63,937 nt of DNA, filler included, from Choristocarpus tenellus KU-1152 (GCA_964200185.2; 7 parts of 7 records of this genome joined end to end with filler, not necessarily neighbours in it); one strand, 5' to 3'. Positions 1 through 13,767 are shown, counted from the whole stretch's first letter. Program-made: numbers and translations. Notes: generated by a model from the letters alone, not told the origin.

Positions 1-28
1 GGGGCATTCAATGTGTACCCCTGGGAGA

Positions 29-212
29 GGCTCAAAGTATCTGGGGGGGAGGGGGGGGGGTCGACAACAGGGTGTCCATTCGGGTCCTGACCAGGAGAAG
101 TGCACTTACTTTATCCATCCGACGAATGCAACCAAATCACAAAAAAAAGGCGACAAGGAAAAATGGGCCCTGAGTGGATAGCCGCACACACACACCCCAG
201 ATACTTTGAGCC
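29..212 (+). mobile_element. MITE family A, copy 1 (~180 bp; TIR GGCTCAAAGTATCTGGGG; 3-bp TSD AGA)
   Basis: Begins ggctcaaagtatctgggg (29) and ends ccccagatactttgagcc (212). AGA flanks both sides. Homologous copies at 13549, 33183 and 35313. Confidence 0.85.
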
Positions 213-2135
213 AGATACTAGAGTGTATCTGGCAGGGCCTCTTCAGTCTACGGTGAAGCCCTGGGGTCAAAGGGTCATAACATCCTCAAAATTCCCCATC
301 TCAGCAAGGGAAAGCCTGAGGAGGTGGGCAAGCTCCCCCCAACTGCCCCAGTGGATGTGGCGAAATATTGTGCTGGAATAGAGTTTTGGAGGACTTTCTG
401 GGGCGGAGTCATAGCTAGGTGTAGGCTGCTCCTTTCTTCTTGAGATTTTGGTGGGCAACCTTCTATTGTCTGCACAATACACCTATAATATATGAACATG
501 TAAAAAAAATCTTACTTCTTCGCTGGGACTCCAAAAGTTATGCTGCGTTTAATTCTGAGTGGAGAAAGTTGCATAAAATACTTGAGTATATGGTATAAAG
601 CTCTACTTCTGTAGTTCCCTCAGTGTTGTTGGAATTGGGTAGGATTATTGTTAGGTGGTGCAAATTGTTCACAAATAAGATTTCCTGCATCTTTAAAGCG
701 GTCCTGGGTGCGGTGATGATGAGGTGGGAAGATAGATGTCCATCCTGTGATGCTGAATTTTCAGCGAAGACTATTGTTTACTAGTAGCGTATAGCTGTTG
801 GATCCCACTTTGTTGTTGGGCGAGATTTGTTTGTGTCCTTGTGTGGGGCCGTTTCAAGTTGACTGCTTTAGGTTTGACTTGTCGCTATGGATTACTACTA
901 TCATTTCTGTACGTAATGTGTCGAGAAGAAGGGAGTGAATGAGAACATGATAACAACATGACCAAGCTGTTGTTGATTAGGAGGTAGAGAATGACACATA
1001 CCACTGTTGTGTCTCCACAATTTGACTTCCTGCAGCTCAACTTCAAGTACATCCAGACCTAACAACGACGTGTACTTTAATAGGACCTCCGAAAGTCATT
1101 CACTGTACCACATATAATACGTGTATTGCGTCTTGTGCATGTTGGCCTGGTCTTACCCATTTTTTTCAATCACCACACACGTACTGGTGGTGACGTCAAT
1201 CAGTACAGAGGCCGTATGACGTACGGCGTACAGGTATTACTCCGGGAATACATGTAGAAAGGCAGGTGGTAGTACCGGTACAATTGTTGTGAGATTTGGT
1301 CCTGATTGTAAATGCAAGAGGTTTGTCGGGCACTCAGCAGGCAGCCAAGTTTTACAGAGGCACCCACTCATATTTGGTGTTGTAGCGCAATGTAGTCTGT
1401 ACCTTTGCATTTGTATTTTGAAGGTTAGAGTTAAAATGAATTGCACAAGCAAATATGAGTGGGGAGCCTCTATAGACTTGGCCACCTGCTACGTTCCTGA
1501 TAAACCTCCTCCAATGTAAACTCCCTTCTTCCCCTACTTTCACTGGAGAAGAGAAGACTCCAAGTGAAAATGTTTTTTGGACAGGAAATAAATATATCCT
1601 GGAAACAACTATTATCACAGGTAGCTGTGGTAGTTGAATGGGTTGTTGATACTGCTAGTTGGAGAAACGAAATTCTTTATTTGGATGTGGGTGTCCAAAT
1701 TCCTTGATGGTCTGGCGCCTATTCAGTTCTTATTCGTGATGCATTGAATGGTGGCTATGTGGGTGGGAGGGTTGTATCCTCTTTTTCCAAAACAATAATG
1801 ACAAAATACAAATATGTACTTCGAACTATTAAATTCGACTTTCTATGGAACCAAGTTAATATCAATAATGAGGGTCAATATCCAGAGTGCTTCTACGACA
1901 TCTTATGTTGTGTGTCCTTGCTTCACCCTTTCTTTTCTTCTCTCCCTCCCCCCCCCAACACATTACGACAGAGAGCTCATCCCCTCTTTTCCATGTCATT
2001 CCCTTGAAAATACTGGATGCTTCACTCCAGAGCAATGTTACCTTAACCATCAGACGGAGAACAAGTAAGTACCATATCTAAATAATTTCAAGAAACAGCA
2101 ACAACAATGCATATTCCTGCAACTACTTCGGAATG

Positions 2136-5100
2136 TCACGTGATTCCAACAAGAAAATCAAGCTTGCTGCTATTCTCCTTTAGTGCACCCAGCAGCTCCT
2201 TCGTTTCAATATCAGCTGCCTTTCGCCCAAATACCCAGGCCTCGTCTCCCTTCCTGTATTGTTCGTTCATGTCACTTTGGTTGCTCCTCCAGCCGTTACC
2301 ATTGCCATCACCACCTCCATAAGAAGAGATCACTGAGGACGATGAGCCTTCCCCCCCCCCTTCTGCTGCAAAATCAAGAGGTCTAACAGATTGTTGATCA
2401 TAGCTTCTATCACCACTATACCTCCACTTTTGACATTTTCGTTGCTGACGTTGACTCCCTCCTCCGCTGTCTTCCAGATCTTGACTGTTGTGCGCCAGGG
2501 TGACGTCAGTGTTGCAACCCCTACTCTGGCTACCCAATCCTTTGACGATTCTTTCTCGCCGGGCAGCTGCTGTTCGTTTTTGGTGACCCATCCCTGATCT
2601 TTTCCAGGCATCTATTCCCGTATGCCCTGAAGAGGATGAGAAGGAGCAGCAGCTTGTTGAGATACATTCAGCACTCTGACATCCAGCGATACTCCTTGTC
2701 ACCTGCCCAAGGGCACCTCTAACTGTGGCTCCAAAGTTGCAATTCTTGCACCCGTTCGGGTAGAAGAGAGGGCTGTCACCAGGTATTGATTCTTTGACTA
2801 CGCCTGTGTGACCAAGGTCCGGGACAAGGACGGGCTCCACAAGGAGGCGACAGTGCGATTGATCCTGGGCAACGAATGGAAATAGCTCATGAATTGATCA
2901 TGACATCCATGTTACTCTCCTATAACATGACAAGGTTCCACACAGCGACCAGACTTCAGCCTACCGGTGCCAAACGCAAAATTACGAGTTGACACATTTT
3001 TCCTATAAACAACCAAGGCATCCAGTCAGCTGTGAGTGATGTCGAAATATACTGTGAAAAACTACGCATAGATAAGTACATTTGATTGAATGGCTCCAAC
3101 CCCAAAATTGCAACTTGCGACAAAGGACACCCACAAGTAGCTGTAAATATATATGTCTGTACCAATCCTATGCAAGAAGCGGTCTTTTATGGAGATTTTC
3201 GTTCACCTCCAGAGCGGCAGCGTCATCGATCGTAAGGTTATGCTTTACTGTCTGTACATCCAGGTACGGCACGTTGTTTGCACCCTCAAAGTGGTCCACT
3301 GCACACATGGTCCAAGTATTGCTGCTACTGGCACTTTCATTGTGGGTGCCGGTGCTGACGGACTCAGACATCATCCAGCGATCGATTGATTCCATACGAA
3401 AAGGAAAGTCAGGAGTTTGTGTGTTGGAAAACTAGCGGGCTTATAGAAAACTAGGTTAGTCACCGTATTTGCTCGCTGTAACCGTCATTCATGATTACCA
3501 ACAACCACTGATTTGGACCCTATCGTTTTTCTTGTTTCCAACACACTTTCAACCGCAATACTAATTACTTCTACACTTGTGTCTTACATTGGTCTCGGAT
3601 CCCCCGGGTCCCACCTGTATCTGTGGAGAACAGGTCAATTTGCTTGTAGAATCATGATGTAAGCATGCAAGAAGTGAACTTGGAGCTCGAGGATTGGAAA
3701 GGGGGTTTGCTCTTCGCTCTCTTGGCTCAAGTCCGTGTCGGATTATTCATGGATTTCATCTTATCATTGTAAAAGCGTCATAGACTTGAAACTTCTCCAA
3801 CATCGCAAGTATGGCAACCGCTTTGGACATGGCAGTGGGACCAAAGACGGCTAATGATGACACAAAGAAGTTTATTCGTGGCCTTGAGATATCCGCTCGA
3901 AAGGTGCGCTGCCCAAATGCCTGTCATGAGAGCTCAACCGTGAAGTAGGGGTTCTAACCTCTGCCATCAGGACTGCCCGAAGCAACAATGTGTCCCTTGC
4001 CACGTATCTTCCCTACTAATGTGTCGCCTGACATCCGTATCCACCCCTTTGTGCTTCGAAATATCGGTTTTCACGAGTCCCTAACATGCTGTCGAGATAA
4101 TATGTGATGCTATTGCCCTGCTCGCCCCCTCACAATTCCCGTCTGATATGTGGTTTCGAAAAGCTTGCCCTCGTCTTAGATTGTCAGAGTACTTCGACGT
4201 ACTTTTTCTGCCTGCTTTACGAGCGTTTGAACCTCGGGAGTCTATGTAGGTGCAGCAGGTGTATCAGTCGTGCCTGGATAGCGTAATAGGTTCGGTGTTA
4301 TAATTTGCCTCCAAGCTTTCTACATTCTCGACTGGTTCCATACTGGCCCCTATGTCGTTTTCTTGATGCTAAATTCCTTAGATCTTGGACCGTGCCAACA
4401 AAAAGAGGATGGAGGAACTGCAGAGGCACACAGGGACAGGGCAACGGGCCAAGTGTGCTGACAAAATAGCAGACGATGGACACCCTCCACGAAAGTATAT
4501 CCTACAGGTATACCATCCCGTCCTATGGGCATGAAGAACACACGCCTGCGCTGTGAAGATCAGTGGTATCAGCAAGAATGGCTCGCAGCTGCCCACTGGA
4601 CTTGAAAATATGTAGAAGGAAGAAATTCCCCACTATTATATCGCTATAAACGATATGCGTTTCTTGTACTAAGCATCGCCATGAGTGACCTGAAGCGTGT
4701 TTCTAATGACACTAATCCATACGAATTTTCTCCTCTTGGTCTGTTCGACAAAAAAACGAAGGTCCCTCATGAAGATGCAGCTTTTGCGGATTGCATGGTC
4801 TCCAAGACCATGGAACTAACGCCCAGTAGCATGGCAGTTGGAGTTCGCTCTACTCCCTCACACCCCCCAGCTCGTTCCTTATCAGCGAGTGTTGCCCTTC
4901 CTAGTGGCAGTAGAAAAGGGTTGGCTGGTGTGGATGGTGAAGTGAGCATACCTCATGGAGGTGAGGTGTAATGAAATAAGTGTACCCATACCCGTTTACA
5001 CCCACAGGACGAGTAGAGCTGTCCTACATGCCATGATTTCTCCCTACCCTCGAAAATGAACAATTTCATTGTAAGAATCGTCAAGGGCAAAACTGATAAC

Positions 5101-5390
5101 TGAAAACAGAGTACTCTTTGAGTGGTGTAGTATGATAGTTGTATGTAACCTTCGATTTGTATGTTTACTCTGTTCACCACTGCTCCAAGTGCTGAGAAAC
5201 AAGAGAGCAGCTAAACACCAACGAAAGGTCGATAGGTGTTACTTTGAGGCAGTGAGGGGAGTTTCCAAACCTATTCTTTTGTTCCTCTGGATCAAAACGA
5301 TGTCGGTTGAGTTTGCACCTGTGCCCAACTTCATCATCACGCCAATAAAAAAATACTGCTGCTCCTTGAAGGCCATCACAAGTTGATGCC
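2136..5390 (-). pseudogene. Degenerate coding-like relic of unknown identity (possibly a decayed TE)
   Basis: Several protein-like minus-strand ORF pieces (2136-2840, 2330-2611, 3168-3395, 4350-4541) broken by stops and frame switches. No family motif recognised. Confidence 0.25.
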
Positions 5391-5539
5391 ATAATATATT
5401 TGCAACATGATTGAGAAAGAATGCATGAGATACAGTTCAAAAATGAGGCAAGAGACTTCCTTATTCCAGACGCAGAACCTTAATGTCTTGTTTAAAAAAA
5501 CAAACAATCCTTGATATGCCTCTCAAAGAGCTTCCTCTG

Positions 5540-5797
5540 GAGTGAAAGCATCTTAGAGGGTAGGAGCTTCGCCCTATTTATCCATTTGGGGCTTGGATTC
5601 CCACGGGATTTTTATAACATTTTATCTACTCCGAATGTTTTGGAGTAGGTAAAAATGTGTATGTTATAAAAGGTGTGTCTGGAACAAGGATATTGACACT
5701 TACTAACAAAGATGGTAGCCAAAATTGCATCAAAAGTTCAACATTGGATTTTGGTCGCCAAATAGACGCGACTCTACCCTCTAAGATACTTTGACTC
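5540..5797 (+). mobile_element. MITE family B, copy 1 (GAG...CTC termini, 4-bp TSD TCTG; Sola-like non-autonomous element)
   Basis: TIRs gagtgaaagcatcttagagggtag and ctaccctctaagatactttgactc. TCTG at 5536-5539 and 5798-5801. Internal hairpin ctactccgaa-tgt-tttggagtag. Confidence 0.85.
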
Positions 5798-6847
5798 TCT
5801 GCACTTCTGTAATGGCCTTTTCCCTGTCCAAACACACCCTTCACTCAAAAAAAATATTTTGGGGGGGATACAGGTCCTGGTACAGGCAACAGGTCTGCCT
5901 CCATCCCAGCTTCGCCCGATAGTGGTGGACCAAGAGTTTATAAGCTACCTCACATAACCCAGAGCATGCCAGGACTGAGTTCCACGTGTGTTGAGGGTGA
6001 TATCTGTGGATGGCCAGATGAGAGATGGATAGGAAATGTGATAGGGGGCAGTTTAGAGTAGTGTAGTAGTTGCCTTCTGAGAGCTTTCCAGATTTGTAGG
6101 GGTTCTCATATCATTTTTCTTCTCAAATTCTTTTGACTGCCCTTATTGAGGAACTTGAAGTCTCTCTGCAGAATTGTTTTTTTCAGGATTTGTATTGCCC
6201 TTTGATTTCTCCTTTACCCCCCAACAGTTGCAATAGAAAAAAAATGAATACTTTTGTTCATGTTACAATAGTGTACCACAGCGTATGGTGAGATGATTTC
6301 TTCGTAAGGCATCAACCATCTCGCTCAACCTTGGTTCTTTTGTAGGAGGTTGACTTTTACCGCTGATCCCAACACTATCTCTGGTTCAATTACCATTCGG
6401 CACTCTTCCTTTTTTAGTATCAAACACCGCAAGATTTCCAAGAGTCCACTTCGCCCTCCCAAGCAAGGACCTGATTTATTCTACTTGCCTTTCATCGCCC
6501 AAAGATATCAAAAGAAAATTTTGACCCTGACTACCTCGAATTGCTGCCCCATCCATCGCAGTATGCCTGCAACAGCACCAATAGGAGGTTCAGGGTTAGG
6601 GAGAAATAACAGCACAGGAGGTGGACAAGGGGGCCATGGGGGTGGGGGTAGTAGATTCTCTCCAGCTAAGATTGATGGAAGGCTTGCAAACAGGCAAGTG
6701 AAATTGCTTGCTCACAACCGATTGGAATGCTGGGTAAAGGGAGGGGAGGCCAAGTTTGGGCGGGGTAGATGTGAAGGCACGGTATGAAGTGGATGATGAA
6801 GGGGTGTTCTTGGTTGATTGTGGAGTGGTGTTGAGTAGTGCGGGGGA

Positions 6848-6947
6848 NNNNNNNNNNNNNNNNNNNNNNNNNNNNNNNNNNNNNNNNNNNNTTAATTAAT
6901 TAANNNNNNNNNNNNNNNNNNNNNNNNNNNNNNNNNNNNNNNNNNNN
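6848..6947. other. Artificial contig linker (N44-TTAATTAATTAA-N44)
   Basis: The same 100-bp spacer, with stops in all six frames, occurs six times. Confidence 0.97.
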
Positions 6948-7575
6948 GGTTTTGCCCTTGGTTGTGGAGAGGTTGGCTGCACCCTGTGTTGGAGTTAGAT
7001 GCAAGCCGTGTGACCCGGCAGTACGTAGAAAAGGTGGATCTAAGTAGTATATCGAGTGGTGGATGTTCATTACTTTGACTGATCTGATATTATGGTTAAA
7101 AGAACATGTCAAGATTCATACAAAGTGCTATCTTTTTCGTTTACTATGTCGATATTTCAATATTCATGATGATACTCTTTGTCGATTTTACGAAGGAAGA
7201 CACAATAACTGTTATTTCAACGCCGAGCACACATACTTTGCGACCCCGGGCCTGGTCTGACATTGGTAGGAAAAGTGTGTAATTCGTATGTCTAAAGCGC
7301 TTCGCGATGATGATGATGATGATGGTAGATTCGCCTCCTTTGTCGCCTCTGCAAACGGCAGCGAGGCCCGAACAGAATGACGCTCATGGCAGATTTAATC
7401 AGATAATTTTAGTTGCTCTTTCGTAACGCATGATGTAAGCTTGCTTGATCCTGTCTTCCGCGTTCTCAGTCAAGTTATTGGTCAGCCCGCCTCCGAGAGA
7501 TCTTGCAGGGGTGTTCTTCGAGTATTCCTTCTCAATAACTCCTAACTTGCCCACACAACCAACATTTTTAATTAG

Positions 7576-10481
7576 GAGCTATACAAGGATTTTTCCAAAG
7601 AGGCAATATGGGTGTATCCTGACGACCCTTCCAAGCGGGTAAGCAAGGAGTACTTCCTCCGATTGCTCAGAGAGGACAGGCCCAACATCCGGGTGAGGGT
7701 AGGAAGCGAGTTTATGAAATGTGACCTATATGTCACGTTAAAAGAGAAGCGGCACGGTGCGCCTGGTGTAAAACCCACGAACGACTCCACCGTCCTCGAG
7801 TCCATCGATAAGGAGCTGTCAGACCATCTAGAGGTAGGTGTTCAGCGTTAATTTTGCAACAAGGGTACTGTGACAACATGTCGCCGTAATTGCCCTCCGT
7901 TTTGAAGTAAATCTGTGTCCTTTTGCGAATGAAGACTCCCACGTAGGTGTTTATGGCAGCAGCAGTAGCCTCACTCACGGCAAAACTTATTGTTATTAGT
8001 TGCCCAAACACCTTGTACGATAGACTGCTTCCTGGTCGTGTACAACGGGCTGTGGGAGGGACAGGTCATGTAGTGGTCTTCCGGCCCGGTACGTGCGTAC
8101 TTCCTACCGTCCCAATAACCCTGTGTTTGTCTTGAACGCAGCAATAAAAAACATATCCCAGTACAAACATCTATTGTTACCCAGAATACATTTTGTTACT
8201 AACTAACCTGATACGTGTGAACAAGTGGCATTTTTTTTTTTTTAATCTGAGCAGATTTATTTGATTAATTCACGTGATGTTACTGTCCCCCATTCGCCAG
8301 ATTATCCAAGCGGATCGGCCGGTCATCGCCAACAGCACCAGCAGCGCCATGCGGGCCAAAGCCGATGGCAAACCTCTTGGCTTCGTGTTCATGTCCATAG
8401 ACGCCGCGAACCAGACAGCACACGCCCTCCCAGCACTTTACCCACCTACCCACGGCAGTGACAGGTAACCACACGCATGCATAGTCCATCCAACAAGAAC
8501 TTTGCAGCCGCACGCGGAACAGAATAGACGACCATGTTTTATTCTACGAAATAGTGCAAAGTCCCAAGAAATAATCGCCAAAACAAACGCACATAATTCC
8601 ACTAACTATTCCGTTCATCATGATGACCTTTCTTTAAAAGTTCCTTTCGTTCATGTCCCCCTTATCAGGGGCTACTCCGAGCACCAGAAGATCATGGCTG
8701 CACAATTCGAAGGCCAGTTCGCGGAGGTGTTCTCCACTCCTATCAATCTTGGAGGCGGTACGTATTGTGGGTCGTGTCAAACAATCATATGACCGATTAG
8801 ATGCTGGTTGCGCATGCACCACTTGATTTATCATCGCAGCGAGTGGACTTGCCGTAGGGTAAATCCGTAAGGACGAGTACATCCTTACACGATGTGCCTA
8901 CAGATGCCGCAGGCCTAGTGAACAGTCGATTAACTGATGATGCGCTGTGCTCCCCTGCCCTCCTACGCCTCAGCTTAGGGATAGGGCGAGAGGAGCGTAA
9001 GAGCTAATCAACGGGTGGGCGAGATGGCAGACTTGTACATCAGCCGTATGGGTGTATGTCCTCTACATTGCATAAACAAATTACATTAACCCTCTTCTTA
9101 GCTCCAAATAAACAATGCGTAAATGAGCAGAGTACTTTTTGCCAACAGTTGCTGAACATCACTGTTCGCGCAGGTTGTAACCTTGTCTGCACAGCCACCT
9201 ACATTGCCCTCACAAGGCTTATCGACAAGTACCACAACAATGTCGATCACGCGGGGAATTGCATCATCCAGCACGCGCATTGGCAGGTAAGAAGGTTTCA
9301 TCTTGACACGACCTACTCAACACATACTCGCTGAATACCAGTCACCAAGTAACTAACTGCACGATCTTTAGTTTTGGTTAGTGTGTTGCAACCAGTATGT
9401 ATGATGGCGGTGATGTAGAGATTGTGCTCTAGCAATACTGGAAACCTACCCTGTTCCTCCACGAAACGCGACGAAATGGGCTGACATATCGGCCTCACGC
9501 CTATCCCTCCCTCGCTCCCAACTCCCCAAACTGGCCAGGTCGACAACTGCGTCTCAGAGAACAAGAACAATTTCTTTCTCGGATACACAGGGCTGTTGGT
9601 TGCGGCGAGTGTCATTCGTGTGGTCGAGATACATTTTATGATGGTGGGGCACACGCACATCAAATCGATCAGATCTTCTCCAGGTAACTAGGCAGGATAT
9701 GCAAGTTCGATAGCCACATAGTGTTTTTCTACGGACAGATACTGCCTCGAGGCTTGCAGCTCACGCTTGTTGCGTCTCTGGAAGGTTTATGGTCGTACGC
9801 TGGAATTGATCGATTGGCTTTTGATTTCACCACAACAAAATTGAACGATAAGAGCAGCTGCCAAAACTGTTTCGTAACATACTCTCGAAACAAAACAATG
9901 AAAAAAAATGTACGCATCACCCATTTTTATATCTATACTTCCATATACATGCATCAGAGCAGGTGCCTGCATACATATCTTGCTTCTCCACTTCGCTTCT
10001 TTCGCCCCCGCCTCAAAATTAACTTCCTTGCATTTCACCTTCAGGTTCTCATGTGGAATAAAAGGCAAGAACATATTCACAAGAACACAGCTGGGTGAAG
10101 AGCTGCAGGCCTCTTACACGGAGGTTCCAGTATACTACAAGACCCTGCGGAGCGAGGGCAACTTCAAGGGACTCCTTCGCGGTCGTGTCAACCGTGTTCC
10201 CAATATCACGAGCTGCAGGGCTTTTCGCGTTGAAAAAGGCGGTGATGGGCGGGTGAAGGTTAGCGTAAAGCAATACATGCACAACACCGAATGTAGTGGG
10301 ATAGGCGGCGACCTTGCTATGGACCCCAACACCCCTCCGCTCGACCTCTTCATCGGCCACCCGCCTCGTATCCAAGATGCACCACCCTACCAGCTCAAGA
10401 GCGTTCCCAAAGACGTCATCCTGAAGGTGGAGCAGCGGTACCAGGCGTCGCACGAGCGCCTCCCTGCTGCGTACCCACTGG
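7576..10481 (+). pseudogene. Intron-containing Sola-like (DUF7869-type) DDD transposase, frameshifted and partial
   Basis: GT-AG exons 7576-7833, 8301-8464, 8669-8757, ~9174-9286, 9539-9683 and 10045-10481 splice to EFMKCDLY...FMSIDAANQ...WQVDNCVSENKNNFFLG...HFMMVGHTHI(K)IDQIFSRFS. This matches the IDxxxQ / DNCxxENKN / VGHTHxxIDQxFS motif series. A 1-nt deletion near 9662 shifts the frame. Confidence 0.75.
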
Positions 10482-10485
10482 GTAA

Positions 10486-10585
10486 NNNNNNNNNNNNNNN
10501 NNNNNNNNNNNNNNNNNNNNNNNNNNNNNTTAATTAATTAANNNNNNNNNNNNNNNNNNNNNNNNNNNNNNNNNNNNNNNNNNNN
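10486..10585. other. Artificial contig linker
   Basis: N44-TTAATTAATTAA-N44. Confidence 0.97.
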
Positions 10586-11432
10586 CCTGGTGTATTGACT
10601 GCCCCCCCCCCCCCTCCTATCATGCCTTTCTTGATATTATAAATATATATTATTATTGTAGAAACCCTGTCCAATGATGTCCGTAGCAAGATTATTTCTG
10701 CAAAAGAGAATTATTGCTAAGAGAGCAAAAAAAACCCATCCCCTTAAGATTTTGAAATAATCCTTGATGTGACCAGCTGTTTAAAAAGGGTAGTTAGGAA
10801 GTTATCAATATACCATGTTATTTAAATGATAACAATTGATTCTTGGGGCATTTTCCTGTGCTCGTAGGTCTTCACTGGTATTACTATCCATTTTTATTAT
10901 CAGGCATCCCAAAGGCATAGTATCATAGTTTGGTCACATCAATATAATCGTTATGGATGTCTTAATGCAAATAATTCAGGTTAGCATTACACTCACTAAT
11001 ACTGGGTATAATAAGGGTCAATATGTATTGGGAAGAAGTAATTTATTATTATTATTACACAGTGTCTTCACTGAAAATTACAAGAGCAGAATTTTATTTA
11101 CGTAAAGACTAAAAAAAACTACACATATAGCCATTGGGTGAATCACCTTTTTCTTGTGACAACAGCCCTAACTCTAACCTGTGCTGTGACATAGAACTCA
11201 ACCACAAAAAAATCATAAAACTGGATACAAGACACTAAGTTTAGGATTTGGTCAATCCACTATCCACACCAATTATCTAAAATAGAACACATGAAACCAT
11301 CCAATCCTTCATAGCTAAAATTTAAAGAGCAGCAACAGCAGAGGGTGCAAACACAGCAAATTAGAACAACAATAACAAAGCAACTGTCAAACAAATTTTT
11401 AAAACAACGCCCAAGATTGTGATCTTTCTCAC

Positions 11433-13228
11433 CAATAGAGCAAAAGACTCATTCATCCTTTCTGTGATGAGCACCTTCACACCCCACTTTTCCACCTCTT
11501 GAATGACTTCTACAGCAACCCTGTTCAGTTGGGAAACATCAAAAAGAGCAGAAAAATAGCAAGGTTGGGAAGCAGCCAGTCAACACCTCATCACATTTAA
11601 GTACCAATTGTAGTAGGCCCAAAAACTGTCCACAGGACAAGTAGCACAATAATTTCACACTATGGCATATTCGAGGCGTTATCAAGGTGGGAAAAAAAAG
11701 AACATAAACAAAAGAACCTAGCCCTAACCCTAACCCTAACCCGACAGGGTCTGCTACATTGCTTGCAATCAAACGACCTTCCCACAATTTACACGAGCTG
11801 TCCTATTACATCCTGTGAAGGTATCCTCTGGTGTGGTTCCCACCCTAATTATTTACTATTAGGAGCACCTGTGGCATCACCTTAGAGAGACCAACTAAGG
11901 TTAGGGATACAACATTGGTGAATGTTCACCTCACATCAAATTGAAGAGAACAAACATGAAAATCCAAGATGGGGGGGGGGGATAGATTTGGTTGGTAACC
12001 TGCCCCAAATAGGCTTTGCTTTTATTTCACAAATATATGACAAGTTTTCAAGTCATAAGTGTTTTGATATTGATCACAGTACACTCATCAAACCTTTGAC
12101 GCAATCTATTACTTTCATCATACTATCCAATGAAAATAGACAAGCCAAATATACCATCAGACTGTCACTACTATTGGTACCCATACTATGTATATATATA
12201 CTTTGCTGTACTGTACTGTGAGGTTCATAAATACATACTATTAAAAAGGCATGATTGATTAACCCTCCTTGGTAATGCCATGCTGGGGTGCACCACAATC
12301 CCCCCTCCTGCTCATTTCTGTTGTATGTACACATTTTGTAACAACAGGAGGATTGTTGTGAGATGGGCATGTCCAATTCGAGGGTTCACATTGAGTTGAA
12401 TTGACATCCACCTTGTTGTACATAGCCCTTTTAAGGGGACTGGCAGAGCACAGGATAAAAAGTCTTTTCCACATTTATGTCCATCCTGGAAGCTGGGGAA
12501 GCTTCCTCACAAGGCTTTCTGACATACCAGTGACCCTAGACCGATCAAGACATTTGTATCTGTGCCAATGACAGCTCTAATTTGAATACTATTATATATA
12601 ACCCCAACACCAACACTAAGTCCAGAAGTAATTATACAATACTCAAATAGCCATGATAGTTCTTGGAACCTAACTCCAATATCAATACTGTGAAGAACAT
12701 AAGCACATACCAATATTATCAACACAATACAACACAAATGCTGCTCCTACAGATAATGTTAATAATATCACCAAATCTAAACTCAACCCTATGTTAAAAC
12801 CAGCACTACTGATAATACTATTAATAATAAAAATGTCAAAACAAACCCTAACCCCAATGATGCAGTGGTGTGTATGATAGTGTTACTGCCAATACTAAGA
12901 CTATCAATAATACTATTAACACCACTAATAATAATACTAATGATAATATGATGACGATACTGTTGATTAATCATAAAATTTCCTCATGTGCATATAATAA
13001 GCTATGGCATGCCAAAAAACTCAATATAGACAACCCTGTCAAAACTAAGTAATGATATCAACACTTAGTGTACTCAAGCACATAACTCTCAGCTTCCTCC
13101 TCATCCACCAGTGTGGAATAGTCAACATCCTTTCCAGACAGCATCCAAGCAAATTGGTTACAGAATGGACGAGCATCTGATTTGGATACCTGGCCTGCTC
13201 TGATGGCTGATATCAGAGCTACTGGAGT
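11433..13228 (-). CDS. Putative exons of an unidentified gene (13228-13058, 12485-12412, 11520-11433)
   Basis: GC-richer islands in an AT-rich contig, each preceded by an AG acceptor. They read TPVALISAIRAGQVSKSDARPFCNQFAWMLSGK..., DGHKCGKDFLSCALPVPLKGLCTTR and VAVEVIQEVEKWGVKVLITERMNESFALL. The last two end at GT donors and are phase-compatible. No family recognised. Confidence 0.3.
11722..11742 (+). repeat. Interstitial telomeric repeat (CCCTAA)3
   Basis: ccctaaccctaaccctaaccc. Confidence 0.85.
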
Positions 13229-13548
13229 CTGTGGGTGTAGGCAGGTCAATAGCACAGTGGGAAAATATGATCATTAGGGTTGAAGCTAAGGCGATACATG
13301 TATATGAAACAATGAAGCTATCAATGTCTAGGTTAGGGTAGGGCAAATAGGACAACCCTACACAGTGCAATGTTGGACTCTTGTGTAGTTGTCCTAAATG
13401 ATATTAAAGTGAATACTACGTAAGAAAAATGTGTCTGTATGTAAATTATAATACAATTTAGAGGGCATATATGTGTTTGTCTATGTCCATGTATGTCCAT
13501 ATATGTATATTAGATATTACTTCTTTGCATTGTATTGCCCAACCCCAA

Positions 13549-13647
13549 GGCTCAAGGTATCTGGGGGGGGGGGGGGCCTACCCCAGGGGGTCAATTTGGG
13601 CCCGGACTGGGAGAAGGGCACTTGCATTATCCATCCGATGCCTGCAA
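13549..13647 (+). mobile_element. MITE family A, copy truncated by contig end
   Basis: ggctcaaggtatctggggg...cattatccatccgatg aligns to 29-130. Confidence 0.8.
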
Positions 13648-13747
13648 NNNNNNNNNNNNNNNNNNNNNNNNNNNNNNNNNNNNNNNNNNNNTTAATTAAT
13701 TAANNNNNNNNNNNNNNNNNNNNNNNNNNNNNNNNNNNNNNNNNNNN
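13648..13747. other. Artificial contig linker
   Basis: N44-TTAATTAATTAA-N44. Confidence 0.97.
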
Positions 13748-13767
13748 GTAGGAGGCAGCAACAATGA

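Noticed and set aside
6350-6787. 145-aa plus-strand ORF
   Set aside because: No recognisable domain; low-complexity G-rich sequence, and the opposite strand looks more like a decayed coding relic.
6892-6903. Recurrent TTAATTAATTAA as a biological motif (e.g. piggyBac TTAA site)
   Set aside because: Always centred in N44 runs; it is a synthetic six-frame stop linker.
11722-11742. Telomeric arrays as true chromosome ends
   Set aside because: Only 2-4 units, internal to contigs and in both orientations.
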